Below, piece by piece: positions 39,704 through 49,416 of a stretch of DNA of 64,000 nucleotides. The translations under genes were made by a program, and so were the position numbers. This stretch comes from Clostridia bacterium. GTDB lineage: Bacteria > Bacillota > Clostridia > RUG12999. The notes below the pieces were generated by a model. The model saw nothing but the letters and a program-made list of their open reading frames with translations, was not told the DNA's origin and ran no database searches. The stretch is from positions 19,590 through 83,589 of the forward strand of contig JAAWTG010000004.1 of the NCBI GenBank assembly GCA_022801925.1, given 5' to 3'. Each line of letters starts with the position of its first letter. Within the stretch, counting starts at the first letter, position 1.

Positions 39704-41125
39704 GTGAAACAGATGAAATTAAGCGGAAATATTGAGCAGGATAAACAGCAAATGCACACACTACTGCAAGTGGAGAAAAGCTTCGATTTGATTGAACGTC
39801 CGCTATTATTTGGCGGCAAAAAAAGCTGCCTTTATTTTGTGGATGGATTTATCAAAGACGAAGTGATGCAGCGTATTTTACAGGCATTTTTTGAGATAAC
39901 CCCAGAGGATATGAAGGATGTCAAATCCGCGCAGGAGTTTATGGAGGCAAAACTGTCCTATGTGGAAGTGACAATAGAGCATCATGTGGAGATTTTAGCG
40001 ACAAATGTTCTATCGGGTCCTAGTGTGCTGCTGATTGACGGCTTTGACGCCGCGATTGTCATTGATATTAGAACCTATCCTGTTCGCGGCATAGAGGAGC
40101 CGGAGAAAGAAAAAGTACTGCGCGGCTCGCGGGACGGATTTGTGGAAACGATTGTGTTTAACACGGCGCTTATCCGACGGCGTATTCGTGACCCGCATTT
40201 GGTGTTTGAAATGTATTCCGTGGGAGCAAGGTCGAAAACAGATGTATCCATTGGATATATTTCTGATTTTGCAGATGAAAAATTGGTGAAAGAACTGCGA
40301 AAGCGGATTCAGGAGCTGCGGGTCAAAGCGCTGGATATGGGCGAGGAAAGCCTTGCGGAATGCATTATCCGCGGGAAATGGCTGAATCCGTTTCCAAAGG
40401 TGCGCTACACCGAACGACCAGACGTTGCCTCCGCCTCATTGCTGGACGGGAAAATCATTGTCATGGTGGACAACAGCCCGTCCGTCATGGTGCTGCCCAC
40501 AACATTGTTCGATTTTGTGCAGGAACCGGATGACTATTATTATCCGCCGCTGGTGGGCGGATATCTGCGGTTTGTGCGTAATGCCATTTTTTTATCGACC
40601 TTAATTTTAACGCCGCTTTGGTTTTTGTTGATTCAAAACAGCGCCGCGCTGCCTGATTGGCTTTCCTTTATCCAAGTGAAAGACGCTGTATATGTGCCGA
40701 TCCTATTGCAACTGTTGATTTTGGAATTGGCAACGGACGGGCTTAAATTAGCGTCGCTGAATACCCCTTCGGCGCTCAGCAATTCCCTTAGTATTATTGG
40801 CGCTTTGTTGCTGGGAGATTTTGCCGTACAGGTCGGTTGGTTTGTACCGCAGACTATTTTATACATGGCATATGTTGCGATTGCAGGATTTGCACAGCCC
40901 AGCGTAGAGCTGAATTATGCTGTAAAATTCATGCGGGTGTTATTGCTATTGCTCACGGCATGGTTAGGCATTTGGGGATTTTTCGGTGGTCTGGTTTTGA
41001 TTGCGTGCATTGTTGCTATGAACAAAACAATAGCTGGGAAAGGGTATCTGTATCCGCTGATTCCGTTTAACTGGAAAGAATTTAAAGTCCGTGTGCTGCG
41101 TATGAAAATTCGTTCTAAATTATAA
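39704..41125 (+). CDS. GerA/SpoVAF-family spore germination protein
   Basis: RGIEEPEKEKVLRGSRDGFVE, LIRRRIRD, FP..RYTERPD, C-terminal TM helices; upstream sigma-F-like GGGAAACTA. Confidence 0.9.
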   Translation: MKQMKLSGNIEQDKQQMHTLLQVEKSFDLIERPLLFGGKKSCLYFVDGFIKDEVMQRILQAFFEITPEDMKDVKSAQEFMEAKLSYVEVTIEHHVEILATNVLSGPSVLLIDGFDAAIVIDIRTYPVRGIEEPEKEKVLRGSRDGFVETIVFNTALIRRRIRDPHLVFEMYSVGARSKTDVSIGYISDFADEKLVKELRKRIQELRVKALDMGEESLAECIIRGKWLNPFPKVRYTERPDVASASLLDGKIIVMVDNSPSVMVLPTTLFDFVQEPDDYYYPPLVGGYLRFVRNAIFLSTLILTPLWFLLIQNSAALPDWLSFIQVKDAVYVPILLQLLILELATDGLKLASLNTPSALSNSLSIIGALLLGDFAVQVGWFVPQTILYMAYVAIAGFAQPSVELNYAVKFMRVLLLLLTAWLGIWGFFGGLVLIACIVAMNKTIAGKGYLYPLIPFNWKEFKVRVLRMKIRSKL

Positions 41126-41301
41126 TCTGAAAGGCAGTTCATGTGCAGGGTGTTAAGAGTGAATTTAAAATGAAGATGCGGCATAGTTAGAATCCTACAA
41201 ATGCGGTTTTGCTTTGTTGTTATAAAAGAAACGGCGCCGATGCAAACCAGCGCCGTTTTGTTTTGCATAGGCATATTCGACTCTCTTATGCCTATGCGTA
41301 T

Positions 41302-42756
41302 TTACTGTCCGTCTGCCACGCAAATCGGATGCATTCCAATGAAGCTGTCCCACAGCATCACTTTAACCGTTCCGTTTGCGTCAAAGTTTTTCGGGGATAT
41401 CGGTGGATTTTCTCCTGTTACAAGCGGTATTGACTCTGCGCTGACGCCTGTTAATTTATTGCCGTCATACGCTGTAAATAATACCGTATAGATACCATCC
41501 TGCGGAACCGTTATGGTAGCTTTTCCGTTTTCGTATTTTAGAATATAATCATCTTTTTCAGTGCCTGTTGCAGGGAGTATATCTGTTTCCACTGCCCCGC
41601 AATTGTTGCGGCAACTACGCGTTCTTTCTCCTGCTTCCGTTGCGGTTGCAGGTTTGGTTACTGTCCATGCGTCCCAATTATGTCCTTTTGGGGGGATTAT
41701 TATATCTGCAATTTCAGTTGTTGCACTTTCGTCTGAGAAATTTTTATGACAACATGCATAAGTCCAATGTGCTATATTTCCCGCTTCCGTACAAGTTGCC
41801 GCTTGCGCCCCACGATAAACCGGTTTATGTTCAAAGGTATAGGGTTTTTGAAATGTGCCGTCGCCGCATATAAATTCAGAGGACGGATTGAGATAGAACG
41901 CCGGGCGTACACCGACATTGCTCGCGTAAGCAGGATAGCTAACAACTTCGCCCGAGCAGAAAGCAATACGGACGAGATAGTCGTGCGTGGACATAGGGGT
42001 ACGAAGCCAGTGGTAAAGTATATGTCCGAGCGGTTCATAATAATCTCCTAAATTACGATACACCGTTTTTAACTGCTGTACATCCAAAAGAAACATGGTA
42101 TCTGTAACCAGTTCAGAATAAGCGTAGTGATAGTTCTGCGCAACTTCTGAAATAGAATCATTATAACGAAGTGTCTCAGAGCCTGCGGCGTCTGTAAAGT
42201 CTTTATCAATGTTCGTTAAAATTGATTTTTGGGTGGCAGTTTTCATGGCTGATTTTTCCGTATCGGTAAAATTGCTTAAAAAGCCTGCTTCGTCTGCATA
42301 TGTCGGCTCGTTGCCGCAAGTGTAGACGACATTGCCCGCTGCTGCGGACGAATTCAGCCAGTCACGGATATTACTGTCCGCCCAATAATTTGAGCCGTTG
42401 GTTGATCTGGTGCTTTCTCTGCCATGAGAGCCGCTGGTGTTGCTGCCGATTGCATCAAAGGGTTTTTGGTCGATAGCATTATCAGCAAGCATAAGCGGCA
42501 GATAGCCGTCCCGATATTCGATTGTGGTATCCGATGAGTCCGTGATAGGATTGCCGTTATCGTCCGTACCTATGATTTTCTCGAATGCCACACAACGCCA
42601 CAGAATAGGGCGTCCATTGTAGGTGCCCATTTGTACATAGCTGCCGCATTGAATGGTTGCGGCAGATGTTGCTGCTTTTGACGTGATAGGTGTTGCACCG
42701 AACAGAATCGTTATCATTGCAGCCGCTATAAACAGCGATGTGATTTTTTGTTTCAT
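41302..42756 (-). CDS. Secreted protein with DUF6273-like domain, Cys/His 'ATCT' repeats and a short C-terminal beta module
   Basis: Signal peptide from ATG 42756 (GGAGG RBS); GSNYWADSNIRDWLN, WLRTP...GVRPAF, ATCTEAG, KPATATEAG. Confidence 0.7.
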   Translation of the reverse strand: MKQKITSLFIAAAMITILFGATPITSKAATSAATIQCGSYVQMGTYNGRPILWRCVAFEKIIGTDDNGNPITDSSDTTIEYRDGYLPLMLADNAIDQKPFDAIGSNTSGSHGRESTRSTNGSNYWADSNIRDWLNSSAAAGNVVYTCGNEPTYADEAGFLSNFTDTEKSAMKTATQKSILTNIDKDFTDAAGSETLRYNDSISEVAQNYHYAYSELVTDTMFLLDVQQLKTVYRNLGDYYEPLGHILYHWLRTPMSTHDYLVRIAFCSGEVVSYPAYASNVGVRPAFYLNPSSEFICGDGTFQKPYTFEHKPVYRGAQAATCTEAGNIAHWTYACCHKNFSDESATTEIADIIIPPKGHNWDAWTVTKPATATEAGERTRSCRNNCGAVETDILPATGTEKDDYILKYENGKATITVPQDGIYTVLFTAYDGNKLTGVSAESIPLVTGENPPISPKNFDANGTVKVMLWDSFIGMHPICVADGQ

Positions 42757-43111
42757 TTTGAAATCCTCCCATAATATAGAATTTTTACGCACATTTTCTG
42801 TCATAAACAAAATGTGAGAGCGCCTAATTGTCCTTTTTCCATAGGCTAAACTATATTGTGCTGCAAATGGATAGGAAACTATCCATTATCTATTATAATA
42901 TAAATAGTAAAAAATTGCAAGTATTTGGGAGGTGTTCATTTGCTGTTTGGCTGTCCGGCAGACAATTTTTGTTTTTGAAACAAGAAAAAATGGCGCTTTG
43001 CGCTGATAAGAAAACTGTTTTGTGAGTAGGTTTCATAAAATAGCACTTGCATGATGATGAAAAAAATGGTATGATAGAGCGGTAAAACATGCATAAGGCG
43101 GAGGACAACAA

Positions 43112-44326
43112 ATGAAGAAATTATTGACGATAGCGCTTATCATAGGATTGGTGGCAGTGGCTGTGTCGGCGATAGCGGAACAGGGTGAAATAGGTTCTGC
43201 CGCCGGCAGTGCACAGGCGGAATTGGAAATTGGATTTGAAACGCAGGAGGACGGCGCGCCGGAAGCGGCACAATTTTTAGCAGAACTGAGACAGTCAGCA
43301 GTTACGGCGGAACTCACATTGCAGCAACTGAATGGCGGACGCATTCTGCGGGCGGAGGTGATACTTCATGCGAAGTTATTCGTGCGGGAGATAGAAACGA
43401 TAGAATGCTGGTATGAAATCGAACGGATGGCAGAGGTGCCGCATATTACCGTCATTGAGAAAAATAAAAAGAAGGATACCTACTATGAACTGGATATTCA
43501 TAAATTGCCGGGAGGCATGGAAGCGGCAAAGGCATTGAACCGTGCTTTGGAAGCGGTCTGGAATCAGAGTACGGCACAAAATGGAGAGGCGCAAAAGATA
43601 CAGGTACCGCCTGAACGTACGGCGGAGTTGCTGGCAGCATGGGTAAATGTAAACCGACCGGGAGAAGGGCAACGAGCAGCGGCGGACTTTGGCGGAGCGC
43701 GCCTGTCCGTAGAATGGAACACCGATGGCAATATCTATAAAATCAATGGTACCTTGGAACTGTCAGCGCAGCAAACGGCAATACTGCTGGGGATGCAGAG
43801 CCGGACGGCAGGAGAAAGCCGTGTCCATATCAATGCAAATATGAAGTTATACGGCAGCGGCAGTGCGGCGGTGAACATGCCGCAAATACCGCAGGAACAA
43901 TGGATAGACGCCAATTTGTTGATTGATAAAAAGCTGTTTGACAGCGACCGCGTTACGGTATTATACAATGGAACTGTTTTGCAATTTGACGCACAGCCAC
44001 GTTTGGAAAACGGTACGACTATGGTGCCAATCCGCGGTATTATGGAAGCGGCGGGCGTGCCACCTGAACAAATTGCATTTGACGGTACACGGGGGACAGT
44101 GACAATCCAAGATGGAAAAAAAGCGATTCTGTTGACGCTAGGCAGCACTACTGCATTCGTAAATGGAAAAGAAGTGCAATTATTGTGCGCGGCATATGAG
44201 GCGGAGGGTCGCACATTTGTGCCGCTGCGGTTTGTATCGGAGGAACTCGGATTTCAGGTAGCGTGGACCGGATTAGACCAGCCCAATGGCATTTGTAATG
44301 GCGGTGTGGTGCGTTTGGAAAGGTGA
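43112..44326 (+). CDS. Secreted protein with C-terminal copper-amine-oxidase-N (stalk) domain
   Basis: Signal peptide; FDAQP..ENGTTMVPIR, GRTFVPLRFVSE.LG..V.W. Confidence 0.82.
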   Translation: MKKLLTIALIIGLVAVAVSAIAEQGEIGSAAGSAQAELEIGFETQEDGAPEAAQFLAELRQSAVTAELTLQQLNGGRILRAEVILHAKLFVREIETIECWYEIERMAEVPHITVIEKNKKKDTYYELDIHKLPGGMEAAKALNRALEAVWNQSTAQNGEAQKIQVPPERTAELLAAWVNVNRPGEGQRAAADFGGARLSVEWNTDGNIYKINGTLELSAQQTAILLGMQSRTAGESRVHINANMKLYGSGSAAVNMPQIPQEQWIDANLLIDKKLFDSDRVTVLYNGTVLQFDAQPRLENGTTMVPIRGIMEAAGVPPEQIAFDGTRGTVTIQDGKKAILLTLGSTTAFVNGKEVQLLCAAYEAEGRTFVPLRFVSEELGFQVAWTGLDQPNGICNGGVVRLER

Positions 44327-44330
44327 GACA

Positions 44331-44957
44331 ATGAATTGTGAAGTATATGAAGCAGGAAAGCTGCGTGACTGTGTCTTGCAGGCTGTGCAGCAAGATATAG
44401 CAGTCAGCGGTTTTGTGTTTGAGCAGCAGGAAACGTTGCTGGAAGCAGAACGGCTGGAACTGAAACAATGTCTGTTAAAGCAGGCGGCAATAAGAGAAAG
44501 TAAATTGGCGCGGCCGGATTGGTCAGAAGTGGTGCTGGAAGACTGCGACTTGTCGGGGGCAGTGCTGCGGGACGGTTCTCTCTATAAAGTGACGCTGCGG
44601 CGCTGCAAACTGGTGGGAACAGATTTGTCAGGAACTTTTTTGCGGGAGGTTACATTGGAAGACTGTGTCTGCCGCTATGCAAATTTGTCATTCGGACAGT
44701 GGCGGGATGTAATCATGCAAGGGTGTGATTTTTCACAGGCAAGTATGGACGGAGTGAAACATAAACATTGGACGATAACAGACTGCAATTTGCGGCAGGC
44801 GAATTTGTCGCAGACTGCACTGCAAAAGATAGATTTTTCCACGAGTGAAATCGGCGGCATTGTTCTGCAAGGCGAAGAACTGCGCGGCGCCGTGGTGTCG
44901 GAATGGCAAGCGCCGGAATTGCTGCGCTTTTTAGGCGTTAGCATAAAAGAAACATAA
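44331..44957 (+). CDS. Pentapeptide repeat protein
   Basis: Continuous pentapeptides (CDLSG AVLRD, TDLSG, ANLSF, CDFSQ, CNLRQ ANLSQ); ATG 44331. Confidence 0.88.
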   Translation: MNCEVYEAGKLRDCVLQAVQQDIAVSGFVFEQQETLLEAERLELKQCLLKQAAIRESKLARPDWSEVVLEDCDLSGAVLRDGSLYKVTLRRCKLVGTDLSGTFLREVTLEDCVCRYANLSFGQWRDVIMQGCDFSQASMDGVKHKHWTITDCNLRQANLSQTALQKIDFSTSEIGGIVLQGEELRGAVVSEWQAPELLRFLGVSIKET

Positions 44958-44984
44958 AAAGGTGCGGTAATTTTGTATGCTATA

Positions 44985-45023
44985 AACAAACAGGCGGAAC
45001 CGAAAAGGTTCCGCCTGTTTGTT
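44985..45023. terminator. Bidirectional terminator
   Basis: Perfect 17-bp stem aacaaacaggcggaacc-gaaaa-ggttccgcctgtttgtt. Confidence 0.85.
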
Positions 45024-45057
45024 GCGCAATCAATTCACGCATGGTGATGTCAAAAAA

Positions 45058-46032
45058 TTATTTGCATTTGCAGTTACAGTTGCAATTGCAATTTCCACCG
45101 TTGTCATTATTATCCTTATCACAATCTTTATCAGTATCGACAACATTTAAAACAACTCGTTTATCAATCAGCGTTTCAATGGTGTTGGTCGGATTGATAA
45201 TCAATGTGCCAGTCAGGCTTATCTGTCCATTTTCATCAACATAGATTTGCGGTGCGATGAGTTGAGCACTGTAGCAGTAGTCAAACGTCATTAGACCGGT
45301 ATCCTGGCAGGACAAGTAAGGAATACAGATGTCGTTTGTGAAAATGCTGGTCGGGTGTGTTGTTGTGGCATATTCAGCGTTGCGGATTAACATTTTGAAG
45401 CTATATGCGCCGCGGGCAGTTGTGACTGTACCGCACAGGATGTATTCTGCGATATAGTTAACCGTTGTACCCTGAGGTTCTACGACAATAGCAACTTTAG
45501 AACCTTCTTTGTTGTCCTGGCAAGCTGCATTAAGAGAATTCACGTTCAAATCTTCCAGTGCAATAGAAAATTTGTTTTGGTTGATAACATTCACAGGACC
45601 GTTATAAGGAACATTATTAATCAGGATATCGCCCGCCGACGGCATAGTAGTCGGATATGCGTCCAGAATGGAAGCACTGTAGGACTGGATGGAGAAGCAG
45701 GAGTTTTCATCAATGACAGGGTCTCCGGCACAGCAGCAGCCGCCTCCGCCGCATGGCGTATATTCTGTGATAATGCTACAGCCTGTAGGCGTCAGGTTCA
45801 ACGGCTGATTCACGCTACAGCCGGATACAACCTTGCTGTCAAAAATTTGCTGTATGTTTGCATAGATAGAACGCGCGTCAGCATTGTTGAATTTCGGTGC
45901 GCTCATTCCGGTGCAGCAAAAACATTTTGCCGGCGGACAGTGGATTGGTTCGCAGCCGTTTGCGATAGGTCTTACCGGCTGGCGTCCGTTTGTATCGTTT
46001 GGATAACAATTGTTGTTGCAATTACAATTCAT
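45058..46032 (-). CDS. Cys-rich hypothetical protein, probable spore coat/exosporium protein
   Basis: MNCNCNNNC start, NCNCNCKCK end, CFCC and GCCC clusters, no signal peptide, sigma-K-like promoter. Confidence 0.6.
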   Translation of the reverse strand: MNCNCNNNCYPNDTNGRQPVRPIANGCEPIHCPPAKCFCCTGMSAPKFNNADARSIYANIQQIFDSKVVSGCSVNQPLNLTPTGCSIITEYTPCGGGGCCCAGDPVIDENSCFSIQSYSASILDAYPTTMPSAGDILINNVPYNGPVNVINQNKFSIALEDLNVNSLNAACQDNKEGSKVAIVVEPQGTTVNYIAEYILCGTVTTARGAYSFKMLIRNAEYATTTHPTSIFTNDICIPYLSCQDTGLMTFDYCYSAQLIAPQIYVDENGQISLTGTLIINPTNTIETLIDKRVVLNVVDTDKDCDKDNNDNGGNCNCNCNCKCK

Positions 46033-46080
46033 TGAAATTTCATCCCTTCAAAATTAAATTCAATAATAGAACTACAATAA

Positions 46081-46110
46081 CATGATATGCAGGAAAAAAC
46101 TTATGTGTGA
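46081..46110 (-). promoter_or_regulatory. Sigma-K-like promoter
   Basis: Minus strand TCACA-16 nt-CATATCATG, matching mACm-N16-CATAnnnT. Confidence 0.5.
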
Positions 46111-46181
46111 CGCCGTAAAAAGTCTTTACTTTTTAGGAATTTTGGTGTATGATTATATTATGAATATTTATGCGTTTTTGA

Positions 46182-46474
46182 TACCATCACTTGACAAAGA
46201 CACACACAGTTTTTCAGACACAAATCCTAAAATTGACGCCCGCTCCTCGTTCGCGGGCAAGAGCTCTGCTCTCTCGTCTTCCTAGTCACTTTCAAAATTT
46301 GTGTCTGAAAAACTCCGTCAGACCTTTCCAAGAAGAAAAATTAGGGCTGGCAAGACCGAGGACGAAGGCTTGCTTTCCTTGGGGTCAAGGACGAGAACGC
46401 TGCTAGCTCTAATTTTCACCTTCCAGGTACGCGTCTCTTGTGAAAGGCGTATGTGCTCTTGTCAAGTGATGGTA
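46182..46474. mobile_element. MITE-like two-armed palindromic element A (293 bp)
   Basis: Perfect 16-bp TIR taccatcacttgacaa (46182-46197 / 46459-46474) with TA ends; internal perfect 18-bp stem 46208-46225 / 46297-46314; second stem ~46335-46352 / 46401-46417. Confidence 0.7.
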
Positions 46475-46510
46475 GGAGTCGTTTGAATAAAGGAATGCGG
46501 AAAAAGAGGT

Positions 46511-48070
46511 ATGATGATGAATCAAATGAAACGGCTGCTTGCAGCAGTGTTAATATGTGCCGGTATTGCAGGGCTGGCAGGGTGCGGAAATACAAAAACA
46601 TATCCGTTAAAAACGGGTGAAACCTTAACATATTGGATGAATTGGCACCGTGTGGGAAAGGCGATTGCGCCCTCTATGCAGGCAACGGAGTTTGGCAAAG
46701 GTCTGGAGGAACGCACAGGTGTTAAAATTGAATATATTCATCCAACAGGCGGCAATGAAGAAGAATATTTTGAGTTGATGATTTCTTCCAATAGTCTGCC
46801 TGATATAATAGAATATGAGTGGGACGGCGTTATCAGCGGCGTTTCCAGACAATTGTCTGCCGGAAAAATAATAGATTTGGCGCCGCTGCTGCCCCAATAT
46901 GCGCCGGATTATAAAGCGTGGCTGGAACGCGATGACGAAGCCCGCAGACTGGCAACGACAGAAAATGGAAAATATCCCTATTTTGTAGGAGCCTATGCAG
47001 ATGACTATCAAACGGTATATTTAGGACCATTTTTTCGGAAAGATTGGCTGGAGGAATTTGGATTACAAGAACCGGAAACAATTGATGAGTGGGAAAACAC
47101 TTTGCGAATATTCAAAGAGAAAAAAGGAGCGCAGGCGCCGCTTTCTTTGACGCAGGAAATGGTGGAGAACAATGCTGTTATAGGCGCATATGGCGTGGGA
47201 TACCTGTTTTATCAGGAAGATGGCAAGGTGAAATACGGGCCCTTGGAGACAGGCTTCCGCGATTATGTGCAGCGAATGGCGAAATGGTACAGGGAAGGGC
47301 TTTTAGATTCCATGTATCCACTGGTGGATCAGGCAAGAATTGAAATGAATTTATTTTCGGGAAAAACGGGCGCGGGATTTGCTTATCTTGGCGCAGATAT
47401 TGGTACTTGGCAAAGAAAAATCAAGGAACAGCAACTGCCGATTGTGTTGACGGGCGTCAAAAATCCATCTCTGCAAAAAGGGGAATCAGCAAAAATTGCA
47501 CCGCGCAACACGAGAGTAATCAGCACTTATGCTGCGGCGGTCAGTACACAATGTAAATCGCCGAAAACGGCGGTCCGGTTTTTGAACTATGCTTACACGG
47601 AAGAAGGAAAACGCTATTTTAATTTTGGAATAGAAAATGTGAGTTATACCATGAAGGACGGTGTGCCGACTTATACGCCGTTGATTACGGAAAATCCCAA
47701 TATGCCGATGGTAAATGCGCTTGCTATGTATACCAGAGCAAGTTATGGCGGACCGTTTATCAGAGATGCGCAGTATACCGCTCAATATTATCAGGACGAA
47801 ATACAGAAAGAGGCGTTGCATAAATGGGCGGACAATGAAGCGGCACGGTATATTTTACCCACGATGACGGTATCAGAAGATACGCAATGGTTCTCCGCAA
47901 GGCTGGAGAAAATGAAAAAATATCAGCGGGAAATGGTAACAAAATTGATGATTGGGGAATTGGATATGAACCAATATGACCAGTTTATACAGACGCTGAA
48001 AGACACTTATGGTATAGAAGAAATGATAGAGGTTTTGCAGCAGTTTTATGACGCTACACAAAGAAATTGA
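46511..48070 (+). CDS. Orphan carbohydrate ABC substrate-binding lipoprotein
   Basis: Lipobox LAGC; FRKDWLEEFGL.EPETIDEW; similar to the 8592..10151 protein. The true start may be a downstream ATG. Confidence 0.88.
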   Translation: MMMNQMKRLLAAVLICAGIAGLAGCGNTKTYPLKTGETLTYWMNWHRVGKAIAPSMQATEFGKGLEERTGVKIEYIHPTGGNEEEYFELMISSNSLPDIIEYEWDGVISGVSRQLSAGKIIDLAPLLPQYAPDYKAWLERDDEARRLATTENGKYPYFVGAYADDYQTVYLGPFFRKDWLEEFGLQEPETIDEWENTLRIFKEKKGAQAPLSLTQEMVENNAVIGAYGVGYLFYQEDGKVKYGPLETGFRDYVQRMAKWYREGLLDSMYPLVDQARIEMNLFSGKTGAGFAYLGADIGTWQRKIKEQQLPIVLTGVKNPSLQKGESAKIAPRNTRVISTYAAAVSTQCKSPKTAVRFLNYAYTEEGKRYFNFGIENVSYTMKDGVPTYTPLITENPNMPMVNALAMYTRASYGGPFIRDAQYTAQYYQDEIQKEALHKWADNEAARYILPTMTVSEDTQWFSARLEKMKKYQREMVTKLMIGELDMNQYDQFIQTLKDTYGIEEMIEVLQQFYDATQRN

Positions 48071-48083
48071 GGAGTACTATCTT

Positions 48084-48923
48084 ATGAAAACAGTATCGGT
48101 AATACCCAATAAAATCAAAGATAAAGATTTTCGTGTTTTGCGCAGTGTCGTGCGTATTTTGGAAAAACAAGTGAAAGTGCTTGTCGACATTGGCAGCTGC
48201 GGGAGAATTGATGGACTGCGCGCGGCGCAGCGGCGCGGGGCGGAACTATATAAACGGGCGGACTGTATCATTGGACTGGGCGGAGACGGTACGTTGCTTT
48301 CCATTGCACCCAAAGCCAGCTTATATGATAAACCCATGTTTGGCGTGAATCTTGGCAGGGTGGGATTTTTGTCCTCTGTGGAAGTGGATACATTTGAAGA
48401 AAAATGGAAGCAAATTATGCGTGGAGAATACCGGATAGAATCGCGGATGATGCTGGAAACGGACTATCAGTCGCGTAAACGTACAGCGCTGAACGATGTG
48501 GTAATCACGAGGGAGAGTTTTTCACGCATGATTGAACTGCAAATTCATGTGGACGGCATCATGGTGGACTCCTATATGGCGGACGGCATTATCATTGCTA
48601 CGCCGACGGGCTCGACGGCATATTCGCTTTCCGCCGGAGGGCCGGTAGTGCATCCGAATATGGATACTATTTTAATTACGCCGATTTGCCCGCACGATTT
48701 ATATGCCCGGCCCATTGTTTTACCGGCAGACCGAACGGTCAGTATTAAGATTGGAAATACCTACCGATACACGGCGAAAATTACGGTGGATGGTCGGCGC
48801 GACAGGGTGATGACCTGTGGAGACGAGTTGTTTGTGACGCGTGCACAGAGCAGTTGTAAACTGATTAAAGTGGACGGAAAAAGTTTTTATGATATTGTTC
48901 GCGAAAAAATTGCGGGTAAATAG
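48084..48923 (+). CDS. nadK: NAD kinase
   Basis: GGDGT, GVNLGRVGFL, LNDVV, DGIIIATPTGSTAYSLSAGGP. Confidence 0.95.
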   Translation: MKTVSVIPNKIKDKDFRVLRSVVRILEKQVKVLVDIGSCGRIDGLRAAQRRGAELYKRADCIIGLGGDGTLLSIAPKASLYDKPMFGVNLGRVGFLSSVEVDTFEEKWKQIMRGEYRIESRMMLETDYQSRKRTALNDVVITRESFSRMIELQIHVDGIMVDSYMADGIIIATPTGSTAYSLSAGGPVVHPNMDTILITPICPHDLYARPIVLPADRTVSIKIGNTYRYTAKITVDGRRDRVMTCGDELFVTRAQSSCKLIKVDGKSFYDIVREKIAGK

Positions 48924-48937
48924 GAGGGCACAAACCA

Positions 48938-49396
48938 ATGGCAAGCAAATATGACAGACATGCAAAAATCATTGAACTGATTGGTGAATATGAAATACAA
49001 ACGCAGGAGGAATTGGTGGAGCGGCTGCGGGCGGAACAGTTTGACGCAACGCAGGCGACTGTCTCCAGAGATATCAGGGAACTGCGGCTGATTAAAGTAA
49101 TGAGCGGAAACGGCGTGTATAAATATGCAACAACGGCGGCGGGGGCGGTAAGCGACACCACCGCCAAACTGCAAATCATTTTTTCAGAAAGCGTCACCAC
49201 CATTGATTATGCGCAAAATATTGTTGTGGTTAAAACGCTGCCGGGTATGGCGCAGGCGGCGGCGTCCGCAATGGATGCAATGGAACATGACGGCGTGATA
49301 GGATGCATTGCGGGAGACGATACGGTAATGGTCGTCATTCGTGACACCAAGGATGCACAGAAATTGACGGCGAAACTGAAACGCCTGGTCAAATAA
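48938..49396 (+). CDS. argR: Arginine repressor
   Basis: TQEEL, TQATVSRDI, GCIAGDDT; conserved nadK-argR-recN order. Confidence 0.95.
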   Translation: MASKYDRHAKIIELIGEYEIQTQEELVERLRAEQFDATQATVSRDIRELRLIKVMSGNGVYKYATTAAGAVSDTTAKLQIIFSESVTTIDYAQNIVVVKTLPGMAQAAASAMDAMEHDGVIGCIAGDDTVMVVIRDTKDAQKLTAKLKRLVK

Positions 49397-49416
49397 GGGA
49401 AGGGAAGTGAAGGCGT

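Noticed and set aside
41228-41298. Two adjacent hairpins between convergent genes
   Set aside because: Adequately explained as terminators for the gerA-like and DUF6273-like genes.
44331-44957. Calling the pentapeptide protein a Qnr quinolone-resistance gene
   Set aside because: Chromosomal pentapeptide proteins are common in Bacillota; there is no mobile context or diagnostic evidence.
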